NCBI GenBank assembly: GCA_964431835.1
Contig: CAYSKO010000002.1
Coordinates: 22,802-86,801 of the forward strand
DNA: 64,000 nucleotides
Origin: an uncultured Planctomycetia bacterium
Lineage (GTDB): Bacteria; Omnitrophota; Gorgyraeia; 2-02-FULL-51-18
Reading direction: 5' to 3'
In this document: positions 8,635-17,754 of the stretch, piece by piece
How positions within the stretch are numbered: position 1 is the first letter of the stretch
How the letters are laid out: the number at the start of each line of letters is the position of its first letter
The notes under the pieces: model-generated
What the model saw: only the letters and a program-made list of their open reading frames with translations
Database searches by the model: none
What the model was told of the DNA's origin: nothing
Position numbers and translations under genes: made by a program

Positions 8635-10374
8635 ATGCGTAATTTGAGGAAGTTTATAAACGTTTTTTTAATCGTTTTCTCAACCGTCGCGAACCCTTGC
8701 GCGATCCTCGCGGAAGAATTGGAAGAAGCGGAGGGCGAGGCCGACGTCGCGACGGCGGTGCGCGGCGAAGACAATCTCGTTTCGATGAACTTTGACGGTG
8801 CGCAGCTACGCGACGTGCTGAAGATTCTTTCCCAGCAGTCCGGCCTTAATTTCGTGGCGAGCGAAGACGTCGAATCGAAGAAGGTGACGGTTCTCTTGGA
8901 GGACGTTCCTGTCGGCGACGCACTTGAGAGCATCGTGCGCGCGAATTCCCTCCGCTACGAACGAAAGCCCGGCTCCAACGTCTTTGAGGTCTCCGCCGCG
9001 GAAGACACCTCGGGCGGCGTCCAGACGCGCGTCTTCATGCTCCGCTACACGCGTCTTTCGATTTCTCCTCTGGACGTGGGCGGTCAGAGCGCGATTAATG
9101 ATCTCCTCAAACCCGAAGAAGTCAGTGCCATCACGGCATCAGCCGGAGGCGCGGGCGCGGCAGCGGGCGCCGGAGCGGCGGGCGCCGAGTCGACCGGCAC
9201 GGAACTTGCGCTGGTCGCCGAACGCGGCGTCGATAAGATCGTCGCGACGCTCCTTTCCGAGACCGGAAAAGTCACGGTCGACATCCACACCAACAGCTTG
9301 ATCGTCACGGACGCCCCAGCCGTCCTCACAAAGATCGAGAAAGTACTCGAGAAGATCGACGTACCCACGCGTCAGGTCATGATCGAGTGCCACTTGATCG
9401 AGGTCTCAAAGACGGTGCTCGATGACCACGGCGTCGATTGGGGCGGCGCGAACGGCGCGCTCCTGGCGTTCGAGGGCGCCGACCGCTCGACTGCGTTTCC
9501 TTTCGCGGAGAGCATTTTCACGAACAGCTCCGAGCTTCGCGCCGCAACCCGGCCGAAGTCTGCGATCACGATGGGAACGGTCAGCGCAGAAAACTTCAGC
9601 GCAACGCTCCGCTTCATCACGAGCCAGTCCGATTCGAAAATCCTCGCGCGTCCGCGCGTGCTCACCCTGAACAACGAAGCCGCCAATATCCGTCTCGTCA
9701 CGAGCGCGGCGATCGCGCGCACCTCGACCATCACGGCGTCCGAAGGCATTACGACGCTCCAGACGGGCCAAGCCTCGCGGACAGACGTCGGCATCAGCCT
9801 GCGCATGACTCCCCAGGTGAACGAAAACCGCACGATCACGCTCTTCGTCGAGCCCTCTGTGACGACGGTCGCGGCGTCGACGTTCTTCCCGTCGGATTTC
9901 CTCGACCCCACCACCCGGTCGGTGCGGACGATGGCTCGCGTAAAGGACCATGAAACGCTCGTGATCGGCGGCCTCATCGACCGCAACCATTCACTTACCG
10001 ACAAACGGATCCCGGGACTCGGAAGCATTCCGTTCTTCGGCAACGCGTTCGCCTACAAAGAGCGCGGCAAGGCCGACCGCGAGCTGATCATCTTTATCAC
10101 GCCCCACATCGTGGAAGGGTACGACAGTCTGGCCGCGCAGAGCGCGACCGCGCCGGGCCGCGACACGGCGGTACGCCGCACCCTCGATTACTTCGTGAAA
10201 GAAGAAATGGAGCTCGCCACGGACCCGCTCGAGGACGCTGGTGCGGCACGCTTTCCGATCGACCGCCAGGAAAAGGCGATGCTCAAGCAGAGCGCCAAGC
10301 GCCCGGTCGCACCCTCCCTCGAGAAGGAAATGAGCCGCGCGCTCGATTCGCTCAGCCAAAAGAACGCGAAGTAA
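8635..10374 (+). CDS. pilQ: Type IV pilus secretin PilQ
   Basis: Secretin C-domain signature (TLVIGGLIDRNHSLTDKRIPGLGSIPFFGNAFAYKERGKADRELIIFITPHIV), N-terminal secretin/STN-like domains and a Gly/Ala-rich linker. Confidence 0.85.
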   Translation: MRNLRKFINVFLIVFSTVANPCAILAEELEEAEGEADVATAVRGEDNLVSMNFDGAQLRDVLKILSQQSGLNFVASEDVESKKVTVLLEDVPVGDALESIVRANSLRYERKPGSNVFEVSAAEDTSGGVQTRVFMLRYTRLSISPLDVGGQSAINDLLKPEEVSAITASAGGAGAAAGAGAAGAESTGTELALVAERGVDKIVATLLSETGKVTVDIHTNSLIVTDAPAVLTKIEKVLEKIDVPTRQVMIECHLIEVSKTVLDDHGVDWGGANGALLAFEGADRSTAFPFAESIFTNSSELRAATRPKSAITMGTVSAENFSATLRFITSQSDSKILARPRVLTLNNEAANIRLVTSAAIARTSTITASEGITTLQTGQASRTDVGISLRMTPQVNENRTITLFVEPSVTTVAASTFFPSDFLDPTTRSVRTMARVKDHETLVIGGLIDRNHSLTDKRIPGLGSIPFFGNAFAYKERGKADRELIIFITPHIVEGYDSLAAQSATAPGRDTAVRRTLDYFVKEEMELATDPLEDAGAARFPIDRQEKAMLKQSAKRPVAPSLEKEMSRALDSLSQKNAK

Positions 10375-10376
10375 CC

Positions 10377-12089
10377 TTGGGTAAACCCCACGTTCGGCTC
10401 GGCGAACTGCTGATCAAAGAGGGGAAAGTCACCCTCGCCGACATCGAACGCGCGATCGAGCTCCAAAAAAAAGACGAAACCTTCCTTGGCACCATCCTCG
10501 TCAAGCTCGGGGCGATCAGCGACGAGGATCTCGCGATCGCGCTCTCGAAGCAGCTCGGCGTCGCTTACGTTTCACGCGCGAACGGCCTCTTGATCCCCAT
10601 GCTCGATCAGGAGCTCAACAAACTCGTTCCCGAGGATTTCGCCCGCCGCCATTCCGTGCTGCCGATCCAGCTCGCCGGAGATACGCTCCGCGTGGCCATG
10701 ATCGACCCGACCGACATCGTCCTTCTCGACAACCTGAACCGCATCACGGCCCGATCGATCGACCGCGTGATCGCCACGAAGAAGGAGATCGACGCCGCGA
10801 TCGGCCAGTTCTACGGCGAAGGCGGCATGCTGAAAACCGCCATCGAAGCCTCCTTTCAGGCGAAGGAGCTGATCGGCGAAAGGGAGGACTTCGACTCTCA
10901 AATCTCGCTCGACGACCTCGTCGCCAGCGCCGAGAAGGCGCCGGTCATCAAGCTCACGGACCTCATCATCCGCCAGGCAATCAAAGAACGCGCCTCGGAT
11001 ATCCATCTCGAGCCGTTCGCGAACAAGATCGCGATCCGCTTCCGCATCGACGGCGTCCTGCGCGAAATATCGCCGCCGGACAAGTCGATGATGCTGCCGC
11101 TCATCTCGCGCGTGAAGATTCTCGCGAAGATGGACATCGCCGAGAAGCGTCTTCCCCAAGACGGGAGCTTCCGTGCCACGATCGAGAACCGCGCGATCGA
11201 TTTCCGCGTGTCGACGATCCCGACCGTGCACGGCGAGAAGATGGTTCTTCGTATCCTGGACCGCTCGTCCCTCAGTCTCACGCTGGACGGCCTGGGTTTC
11301 TCGCCGGACGAGAGCGCCATGTTCCGCAAAGCGATCAACCGGCCCTACGGTATGATTCTCCTGACGGGCCCGACCGGAAGCGGCAAAACGACCACCCTTT
11401 ATTCGGCTCTCAACGAACTGAAGAGCGGCGAAAAGAACATCGTCACCATCGAAGATCCGGTGGAGTACCAGATCCAGGGCATCAACCAGGTCCAGGTGAA
11501 GTCGTCGATCGGGCTCACGTTCGCGAGCGGCCTCCGCGCGTTCCTGCGTCAGGATCCGGACATCATGCTCGTCGGCGAAACCCGCGATCTCGAGACCGCG
11601 CAGATCTGCGTGCGCGCGGCGCTCACGGGCCACCTGGTTTTCACGACCCTTCACACCAACGACGCCCCGACGGCCATCAACCGCCTTATCGATTTGGGTA
11701 TTGAGCCATTTTTCGTCACGTCGTCCCTGCTTCTCACGGTCGCGCAGCGTCTGGTCCGGCGCCTTTGCCCGAAATGCAAAGAGCCGGTCGCCGCGGCCGA
11801 ATCCGGGCTTCCTTCGCCGTTTAAGGACGAAGCGAAGACCGTGTTCACGGCCCGGGGTTGCGACGCCTGCGCCAACACCGGCTACCTCGGCCGAATCCCG
11901 ATTTTCGAGATGATGTCCATGAGCGAGAAAATCGAGACGCTCGCTCTTCGAAACGCCGGCATGGCCGAGATCCGCGAGGCCGCGCGCGCCGCAGGAATGG
12001 TGACTCTCGAAGAAAGCGGCTACAGAAAAGTGCTTCGCGGCGACACCTCGCTCGAGGAAATTCTCCGCATGACGATGAGCGGTGGCTAA
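10377..12089 (+). CDS. pilB: Type IV pilus assembly ATPase PilB (GspE family), TTG start
   Basis: N-terminal T2SSE_N domain, Walker A GPTGSGKTTT, Asp and His boxes, and the tetracysteine motif CPKC...CDAC. Confidence 0.9.
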   Translation: MGKPHVRLGELLIKEGKVTLADIERAIELQKKDETFLGTILVKLGAISDEDLAIALSKQLGVAYVSRANGLLIPMLDQELNKLVPEDFARRHSVLPIQLAGDTLRVAMIDPTDIVLLDNLNRITARSIDRVIATKKEIDAAIGQFYGEGGMLKTAIEASFQAKELIGEREDFDSQISLDDLVASAEKAPVIKLTDLIIRQAIKERASDIHLEPFANKIAIRFRIDGVLREISPPDKSMMLPLISRVKILAKMDIAEKRLPQDGSFRATIENRAIDFRVSTIPTVHGEKMVLRILDRSSLSLTLDGLGFSPDESAMFRKAINRPYGMILLTGPTGSGKTTTLYSALNELKSGEKNIVTIEDPVEYQIQGINQVQVKSSIGLTFASGLRAFLRQDPDIMLVGETRDLETAQICVRAALTGHLVFTTLHTNDAPTAINRLIDLGIEPFFVTSSLLLTVAQRLVRRLCPKCKEPVAAAESGLPSPFKDEAKTVFTARGCDACANTGYLGRIPIFEMMSMSEKIETLALRNAGMAEIREAARAAGMVTLEESGYRKVLRGDTSLEEILRMTMSGG

Positions 12090-12092
12090 AGA

Positions 12093-13304
12093 GTGGCGAC
12101 TTACAGTTATACCGCGCGCGATTCGCGCGGCGGCCAGCTGACGGGCTTTCAGGAAGCCACGAACGAGTCCGAGGCGGTGAAGATCCTCCAGACGCGGGGA
12201 CTCACCATCACGAAAATCGGCCAGCCATCCGACGCTCATTCGACGGGCCGCAAAAAACGCCTCCGCAAACGCATCAAACAGGAAGATTACCTCGTTTTTA
12301 CGCGCGAGACCGCGACGCTTCTCGAAGCAGGCATCCCGCTCCTTCGCACGCTCGAGGTCATCGCCGAACAGGTCGAAAGCGCGAAACTCAGGACAACGGT
12401 CATCCAGATGATCACGGACATCAAAGCCGGGTCGACGTTCAAAGACGCGGTCGCGCACCACCCTAAAATATTCCCGGGTCTCTGGGTCCATCTACTCGAA
12501 GCGGGCGAGCTCTCGGGAAATCTCACGCTCGTCCTCAGCCAGATCGCGGAGCATCTCGAGACGAGCATCGGCATGAAGAAGAAGCTCGTGTCGGCGCTCG
12601 CGTATCCCGCGGTCCTCATCTGTGTCGCAGTCGGCGCCATATTCGTGTTCCTCCTCAAGATCATCCCGGTGTTCGACGATCTTTTCAAGAGCATGAACGC
12701 GCAGCTGCCTTTTCTGACGCAGGTAGTCATCAATCTCAGTCACGCGCTGCAGAAATATTTCGTCTGGTTCATCGTCGCCGTGGCCGTGGCTTCGTGGCTT
12801 TTCAAGCGCTGGATCGCCACGCCGACGGGCCGCCGAGCGATGGACGCGCTTCTTCTGCGCCTGCCGGTTTTCGGGAACCTCATGCGCGACGTGATCGTGG
12901 CGCGCATCACGGTCAATCTGGCGACGCTCGTGCGAAGCGGGGTGAACATCATCCAGTCGGTGGATATCACCTCCAAGGCCGCCGGCAATGCGCTCTACCG
13001 TGAAGCGCTGGAGCGCACGAAAAATGACCTTCAGCAGGGGAAGGCGATGTCGTCCTCGATGGCGGAGAGTCCGCTCTTCGCGCCGATCGTCGTCCACATG
13101 GTGATGATCGGAGAGGAGAGCGGAAAGCTCTCCGACATGCTCGGAAAACTCGCCGATTACTATGAGGACCGGGTCGAGGTTTTTCTCGGCCGGCTCGGTG
13201 TCCTCATTGAGCCCTTGATTCTAGTCGTGATTGGCGGGGTGATCGCTTTTCTCGTTATCGCAATGTTCTTACCGATACTCAGTCTCAGTCAAATCGTTAA
13301 ATGA
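12093..13304 (+). CDS. pilC: Type IV pilus inner-membrane platform protein PilC (GspF family), GTG start
   Basis: Two GspF repeats and three TM segments. Immediately downstream of pilB. Confidence 0.9.
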   Translation: MATYSYTARDSRGGQLTGFQEATNESEAVKILQTRGLTITKIGQPSDAHSTGRKKRLRKRIKQEDYLVFTRETATLLEAGIPLLRTLEVIAEQVESAKLRTTVIQMITDIKAGSTFKDAVAHHPKIFPGLWVHLLEAGELSGNLTLVLSQIAEHLETSIGMKKKLVSALAYPAVLICVAVGAIFVFLLKIIPVFDDLFKSMNAQLPFLTQVVINLSHALQKYFVWFIVAVAVASWLFKRWIATPTGRRAMDALLLRLPVFGNLMRDVIVARITVNLATLVRSGVNIIQSVDITSKAAGNALYREALERTKNDLQQGKAMSSSMAESPLFAPIVVHMVMIGEESGKLSDMLGKLADYYEDRVEVFLGRLGVLIEPLILVVIGGVIAFLVIAMFLPILSLSQIVK

Positions 13305-13333
13305 AGGCGTCGAAACCGATTAAAGAGTTAAAT

Positions 13334-13360
13334 AAAACCTTTAATAACTGTTGCGCCAAC
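13334..13360. repeat. Copy A of a conserved AT-rich intergenic motif (AACCTTTAATAA-CTGTTGC), about 85 nt upstream of the major pilin start
   Basis: A 12-mer AACCTTTAATAA followed by CTGTTGC is repeated almost exactly at 19127-19147, in a genome of about 63% GC. Confidence 0.5.
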
Positions 13361-13440
13361 TCCGCTGGAGTGATATACTAACAAGTAGAAAGAATAACCA
13401 ATACTAAGTTTTGTTGGGGTGTACATAAAGGGGGAAAGTT

Positions 13441-13851
13441 ATGATTAACCTGCTCGGATCCAAGCGCTTGGGCAACCAAAAAGGCTTCACGCTGCTTGAA
13501 ATCCTGATCGTCATCATCATCCTCGGCATTCTCGCCGCGTTGGCCATTCCGGTGTATTCGGCCGTCCGCGAAAAAGCCGTGAAACAAGAAGGTTACCAGC
13601 AGTTGGCGGCGACGCGTGAAGCGCAGCAGCGTTACTTTGCGGCCTACAACGCGTACACCAACGATACGGGTCTGCTCGAATACGACCCGAACGCCGTAGC
13701 GGCGGGCGTGTCCAAGCACTACGACTACACGTTCCCTGCGGCGTCGGCGACGGCGTTCACGGTTCGTGCGACGCGTAATTCGACGGCGCCTACGCCGCCG
13801 GCCGCGTACTACCTCGAAGTCAACGAGGCGGGAACGATCACGGAAGTCTAA
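13441..13851 (+). CDS. pilA: Type IV major pilin (prepilin with class III signal peptide)
   Basis: Leader ending ...NQKG followed by FTLLEILIVIIILGILAALAIPVY (G-1, F+1, E+5). Strong SD GGGGGA, own AT-rich upstream region and a rho-independent terminator downstream. Confidence 0.8.
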   Translation: MINLLGSKRLGNQKGFTLLEILIVIIILGILAALAIPVYSAVREKAVKQEGYQQLAATREAQQRYFAAYNAYTNDTGLLEYDPNAVAAGVSKHYDYTFPAASATAFTVRATRNSTAPTPPAAYYLEVNEAGTITEV

Positions 13852-13857
13852 AGAAAC

Positions 13858-13903
13858 CGGAAAGCCAAGCGGTCCTTACAGGCCGCTTGGCTTTTCTTTT
13901 TTG
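13858..13903 (+). terminator. Rho-independent terminator after the major pilin gene
   Basis: Perfect hairpin aaagccaagcgg...ccgcttggcttt followed by tcttttttg. Confidence 0.65.
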
Positions 13904-13915
13904 AGGGCCCGAAGC

Positions 13916-14326
13916 GTGCGAAACAGTCAAGATGGAATGACTTTGACGGAGATCACGATCGTCTCCGTGATCCTCGTGATGATGGCGGGCCTGGCGATTC
14001 CCAGTTATTTCAAAACCGTCGAGGAATCCCGCTCGAGCGAAGCGAAGGCGAATTTGAGCACGCTCCATTTCGCGCAGAAAATCTTTCGCGAGAGCAACTC
14101 GGCGAAGAAATTTTATCCCGTCGGCGGCGGGACGAAGACCACGACCTCCGACCTCACCGAAATCACGACCCAGCTGAACGTCGATATTTCCCCGAATTTT
14201 TATAATATCGAGATCGAAACCGCCGGTGGCGGAAGCACCACCGACTACACAGCGACCGCCACTCGCTCGAACGACTCGACCCGCAGATACCGAGTAGACG
14301 AATCCGGCGTCGTCATCAAGCTCTAA
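13916..14326 (+). CDS. Minor (pseudo)pilin with prepilin-type N-terminus, GTG start
   Basis: Short leader MRNSQDG then MTLTEITIVSVILVMMAGLAIPSYF (Gly-1, Glu+5). First gene of a seven-gene overlapping operon. Confidence 0.65.
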   Translation: MRNSQDGMTLTEITIVSVILVMMAGLAIPSYFKTVEESRSSEAKANLSTLHFAQKIFRESNSAKKFYPVGGGTKTTTSDLTEITTQLNVDISPNFYNIEIETAGGGSTTDYTATATRSNDSTRRYRVDESGVVIKL

Positions 14327-14336
14327 GGGAGCCGTT

Positions 14337-15473
14337 ATGAGGAAAGTCCCAGCTGTTCCGAAAGCGCCGATCCTGGCGCTTTTTATGCTTTCCGCGGTGT
14401 CCGCGGCCCTCGCGACGGACGTGGATAAATCCACGGAATATCCCGTGCCGTCCGGCATCTACGACGGGATCACTGTTTCTCGCTACCTCCGCATGGGAAT
14501 TCCCACGGCCGCGGTTCCCGACGTGGACGCCCACACCCCGAACGCCGGCACGGCAAATCCGGCGACCGCCTCCCAGGCGGCCCTGACCATCAACGGCAAC
14601 GTTTATATCCATCCGCTCGATCTCAATCTCACGGACGCGCAGCCGCCGGTCCCTTACGTGCCCCTGGATACCGACGGCGGCGCCGGAGCCACAGTACCGC
14701 TTCGCGACGTGGTCATCGACGAGAAGCTGACGGTGGACGGCACGACGTTCCGCGTCGTTCCGCTCAATTGGTGGGGCAATAGCCACTGGACTGCCGTGAA
14801 TGTCCCCGGTGCCGTCACTGGTGACAGCCGCGGCAGCGAATTCCAGGTCAACGGTGACATTCACGCCTACGCGTATCGCGCTTCCCAGAGGTATCCCGAT
14901 CAAAACGACACGCGCGTCCATTTCGGGCCAACGAAGGTAAGCGGTGTCTCGTGGCTCGACATGCGGGCCAAGACAGGCATGATCGACGCCAATCAGTGGG
15001 CGCACGGCATGAGCACGCTTTATTTCCGTGCCGATCCGATGCTCGTTTTGAACGGCTACTCGCGAGCCAACGTCGGTATCGGCACGACGAATCCCACTTA
15101 TCTTCTGCAGGTGGGCGATCCGGGCTCCGGCCTGCAGGCGATCGCGCATTCATGGGACATTTATAGCTCGCGCGCCTACAAAACCGACATCCGCCCTTTT
15201 TCGCCCGCCGATTACAGATTGGCCGCCGACAGAGTGGGGGATCTGAACCTCGTTCGTTTCCGTTACAAAGAGGACAAGCCAGGCGACAAGAAAATACTCG
15301 GATTCATCGCCGAGGAAGCTCCAAATGAAATTCTCTCACCGGACGGCAAAGCCGTGAGCCTCGGGGACACGCTGGGTTTCCTGCTGGCGGCCATCAAAGG
15401 CCTCAAAGCCGAAAACGACGCGCTCCGGACCGAGATCGAGCGGCTCGAAACCGCCGGGGGGAGGCTTTTGTGA
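14337..15473 (+). CDS. Secreted tail-fibre-like protein with C-terminal peptidase S74 intramolecular-chaperone domain (paralogue 1 of 3)
   Basis: Sec signal peptide. Tail-fibre motif ANVGIGTTNPTYLLQV, then the S74 Ser/Lys dyad context SWDIYSSRAYKTDI, LGFIAEEAPNEILSPDG and a C-terminal coiled coil LKAENDALRTEIERLE. 4-nt overlap with the next gene. Confidence 0.75.
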   Translation: MRKVPAVPKAPILALFMLSAVSAALATDVDKSTEYPVPSGIYDGITVSRYLRMGIPTAAVPDVDAHTPNAGTANPATASQAALTINGNVYIHPLDLNLTDAQPPVPYVPLDTDGGAGATVPLRDVVIDEKLTVDGTTFRVVPLNWWGNSHWTAVNVPGAVTGDSRGSEFQVNGDIHAYAYRASQRYPDQNDTRVHFGPTKVSGVSWLDMRAKTGMIDANQWAHGMSTLYFRADPMLVLNGYSRANVGIGTTNPTYLLQVGDPGSGLQAIAHSWDIYSSRAYKTDIRPFSPADYRLAADRVGDLNLVRFRYKEDKPGDKKILGFIAEEAPNEILSPDGKAVSLGDTLGFLLAAIKGLKAENDALRTEIERLETAGGRLL

Positions 15474-16591
15474 GGCGGCTCGCTTTCATCCTCCTCTTGG
15501 GTTTCGCACTGACGCAGGACGCGCGCGCGGCCGAAATCGACGTTACCACGTATTACGACGCCCCTTTCGGCGATTACAAAGAATTCCGGCTCTCCGGCAC
15601 TCTCGCCGCAGGGCTCGTCGACGCCGATCCGGGTCCTCTTTTGATCGGCGCCGGAAGCTACACGGCCGCTTTCTTCGGCGGCTTCAACGTGTGGAACAAT
15701 GACATTCCCGGGCACCTCGGGGCGAGCCGCGGCGGAGGGCTCACGGTCACGGGAAATCTCGACATTCAGGACGCCCTCGGGATCTCGCTTCTTTACGTGA
15801 ACGCGACGACCGACCGCGTCGGCATCGGGACGCGGGCGCCCGCAGCGGCGCTCGACGTGCGCGGCGAAGCCAAGGCGATCAACCTCTTCGCGTATGCGTC
15901 TCCGCTCGACCCGACCCAGCCGTACGCGGAAATGAACACCGAGGTCACGCCAGAGCGCTTCGGGGCGGGCTACTGGTGGAACCAGACGTTCCCGCATAGA
16001 TACCGTTTCTGCACGATGCACATCGACGGCGATCCGATCGCGATCCAATCGATCGACAAGAGTGCGATGGGGCTGGGAGGCTTGGGCCGAGGCCAGCTCA
16101 TCATAAACGGCATGCCCGTCGGCTACGTCACGTACGACGCGAAAGTGATTCTCGTTGTGGGAGAACCCCAGCAGAACCAAGTCCTCGACCCCGATCCCGA
16201 CGAGGCTACCGGTGACGGAGACGGGGATCCGAATCAGGGCGACTATCCCGTGGCGCTGCCGAAGCCGCAGGCCTTCGCCCATCAGTGGTATCAGTTCAGT
16301 TCCCGCGAGTACAAAAAGGACATCGTGCCTTTGATGCCCGCGGAGTATGGCACGATTCTCTCTTCGCTTGCGGTGATGGATGTCGTTCGCTACCGTTTCC
16401 ATTCGGAAAGCGGCACGACGAAACCGCACGTCGGGTTGATCGCCGAAGACGTGCCCGAGGACATGGCGCAGTCCGACCGCAAATCCATCGGACTAGGCGA
16501 GCAGGCCGCGTTTCTCCTGGCGTCCGCTAAAGCGCTCAGGGGCGAACAGGACGACATGCGCGCCCGCGTCGAAAGGCTGAAAAAATCATGA
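15470..16591 (+). CDS. Secreted tail-fibre-like protein with C-terminal peptidase S74 intramolecular-chaperone domain (paralogue 2 of 3)
   Basis: Signal peptide; DRVGIGTRAPAAALDV; QWYQFSSREYKKDIVP; VGLIAEDVPEDM; LRGEQDDMRARVERL. 4-nt overlaps on both sides. Confidence 0.75.
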   Translation: MRRLAFILLLGFALTQDARAAEIDVTTYYDAPFGDYKEFRLSGTLAAGLVDADPGPLLIGAGSYTAAFFGGFNVWNNDIPGHLGASRGGGLTVTGNLDIQDALGISLLYVNATTDRVGIGTRAPAAALDVRGEAKAINLFAYASPLDPTQPYAEMNTEVTPERFGAGYWWNQTFPHRYRFCTMHIDGDPIAIQSIDKSAMGLGGLGRGQLIINGMPVGYVTYDAKVILVVGEPQQNQVLDPDPDEATGDGDGDPNQGDYPVALPKPQAFAHQWYQFSSREYKKDIVPLMPAEYGTILSSLAVMDVVRYRFHSESGTTKPHVGLIAEDVPEDMAQSDRKSIGLGEQAAFLLASAKALRGEQDDMRARVERLKKS

Positions 16592-17754
16592 ACGCGCGCT
16601 TTTTCGCAACGATCGCTCTTGCCGCATTCATCGCAGCGCCTTTGCCGGCGCTGGCGGACGACGTGACGGTTCGAACGACCTATCCGAACCGCTTCGGCGA
16701 ACACACGAACGCCGACACCGAAAGCTCTCTAACGGTGGGGTCTCTCACGCAGGGCGCCTCGACGAACGTCTTCGGGGACGTCTCGATCGTGGGCGATCTC
16801 GTCATCACGAAGCCGACGAACGGCCTCGTACGCATCGCCCCCTCGCACGGCCCTTACCAGGAAGACGGCCTGCGCGTGCACCCCAACGGAAGCATTTCGA
16901 TCGGCAGCAACGTCGTCCTGCCGGCCGCGAATCCGCCCAAACTAAAGTCCCATACGACGCTGAAGGGCCGCCGACTTTACGCGTACGGCGATCCCGCGGA
17001 CACACACACGGTGTACGGGCTCATGCAGGGGTATCTCGATACTTCAGCAAGTTCCTATCATCTCCAGCGCAAAGCGCTCTTCGCGTCGCGTCCTGTCGCC
17101 GGCGGCAACATCATCGATCCCGCCGCCGGAACGTACGGGCCTCTCCGCATCGACGGCAGAGAAGTGCAAATGGGCCCACAGTACGATCCGAACGTACCGA
17201 CGGGACGTGGAAACCCCTCCGATCCTTGGTTTACAGGAATGCTCGAGCGGGTCATCATCGGCACGAACGAGATGTGGCTCGATCCGGTCGATACGCCGGA
17301 ACCTGAGATTTTCCTTCAGGTGGGCCATCCGACCGATCCCGACCCCACCGATCCCGAGCGCATCCCCGGCATAAACGGTGCTCCAGACGAGCCGCCGCAG
17401 CCGACCGGCGGCGCGGCGAGTAACTGGCGGGTTTTCAGCTCGCGTGAGTATAAGAAGGACATCGTGCCGTTCGACGCCGCCGCGCAGGCGGGCGCGCTCG
17501 AGGCGATCTCCCGGCTCGACGTGGTCCGCTACCGCTTTAAGAGCGAGCCCGTGAACGCCAAGCCGCATACCGGCGTGATCGCGGAGGACCTCCCCGCCGC
17601 CATCCGCTCGGCGAGCGGCAAAGGCCTGGACCTTGGCCAGGCGTATTCCTACGCCGCGGCGGCGCTCAAAGCGCTGAAGACCGAGAACGACGTGCTCAAG
17701 ACCCGTCTCGAAAAGCTCGAAGCGGAAGCGGCGGCCCGAAAGGCGCGGCCGTGA
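16588..17754 (+). CDS. Secreted tail-fibre-like protein with C-terminal peptidase S74 intramolecular-chaperone domain (paralogue 3 of 3)
   Basis: Signal peptide; NWRVFSSREYKKDIVPF; TGVIAEDLPAAI; LKALKTENDVLKTRLEKLE. The C-terminus is closely related to paralogue 2. Confidence 0.75.
   Translation: MNARFFATIALAAFIAAPLPALADDVTVRTTYPNRFGEHTNADTESSLTVGSLTQGASTNVFGDVSIVGDLVITKPTNGLVRIAPSHGPYQEDGLRVHPNGSISIGSNVVLPAANPPKLKSHTTLKGRRLYAYGDPADTHTVYGLMQGYLDTSASSYHLQRKALFASRPVAGGNIIDPAAGTYGPLRIDGREVQMGPQYDPNVPTGRGNPSDPWFTGMLERVIIGTNEMWLDPVDTPEPEIFLQVGHPTDPDPTDPERIPGINGAPDEPPQPTGGAASNWRVFSSREYKKDIVPFDAAAQAGALEAISRLDVVRYRFKSEPVNAKPHTGVIAEDLPAAIRSASGKGLDLGQAYSYAAAALKALKTENDVLKTRLEKLEAEAAARKARP

Noticed and set aside
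13336-13354. Repeated AACCTTTAATAA..CTGTTGC motif read as a sigma54 promoter (TTGC at -12)
   Set aside because: There is no GG dinucleotide at the expected -24 position in either copy, and no bEBP gene is in the window. It is kept as an unexplained conserved motif.
14337-17754. Interpretation of the three S74/tail-fibre proteins as a prophage tail-fibre remnant
   Set aside because: There are no neighbouring phage structural, lysis or integration genes. All three proteins have Sec signal peptides, which virion proteins lack. They overlap prepilin-type genes on both sides by 4 nt within a seven-gene operon. A chromosomal pilus-associated role fits better.
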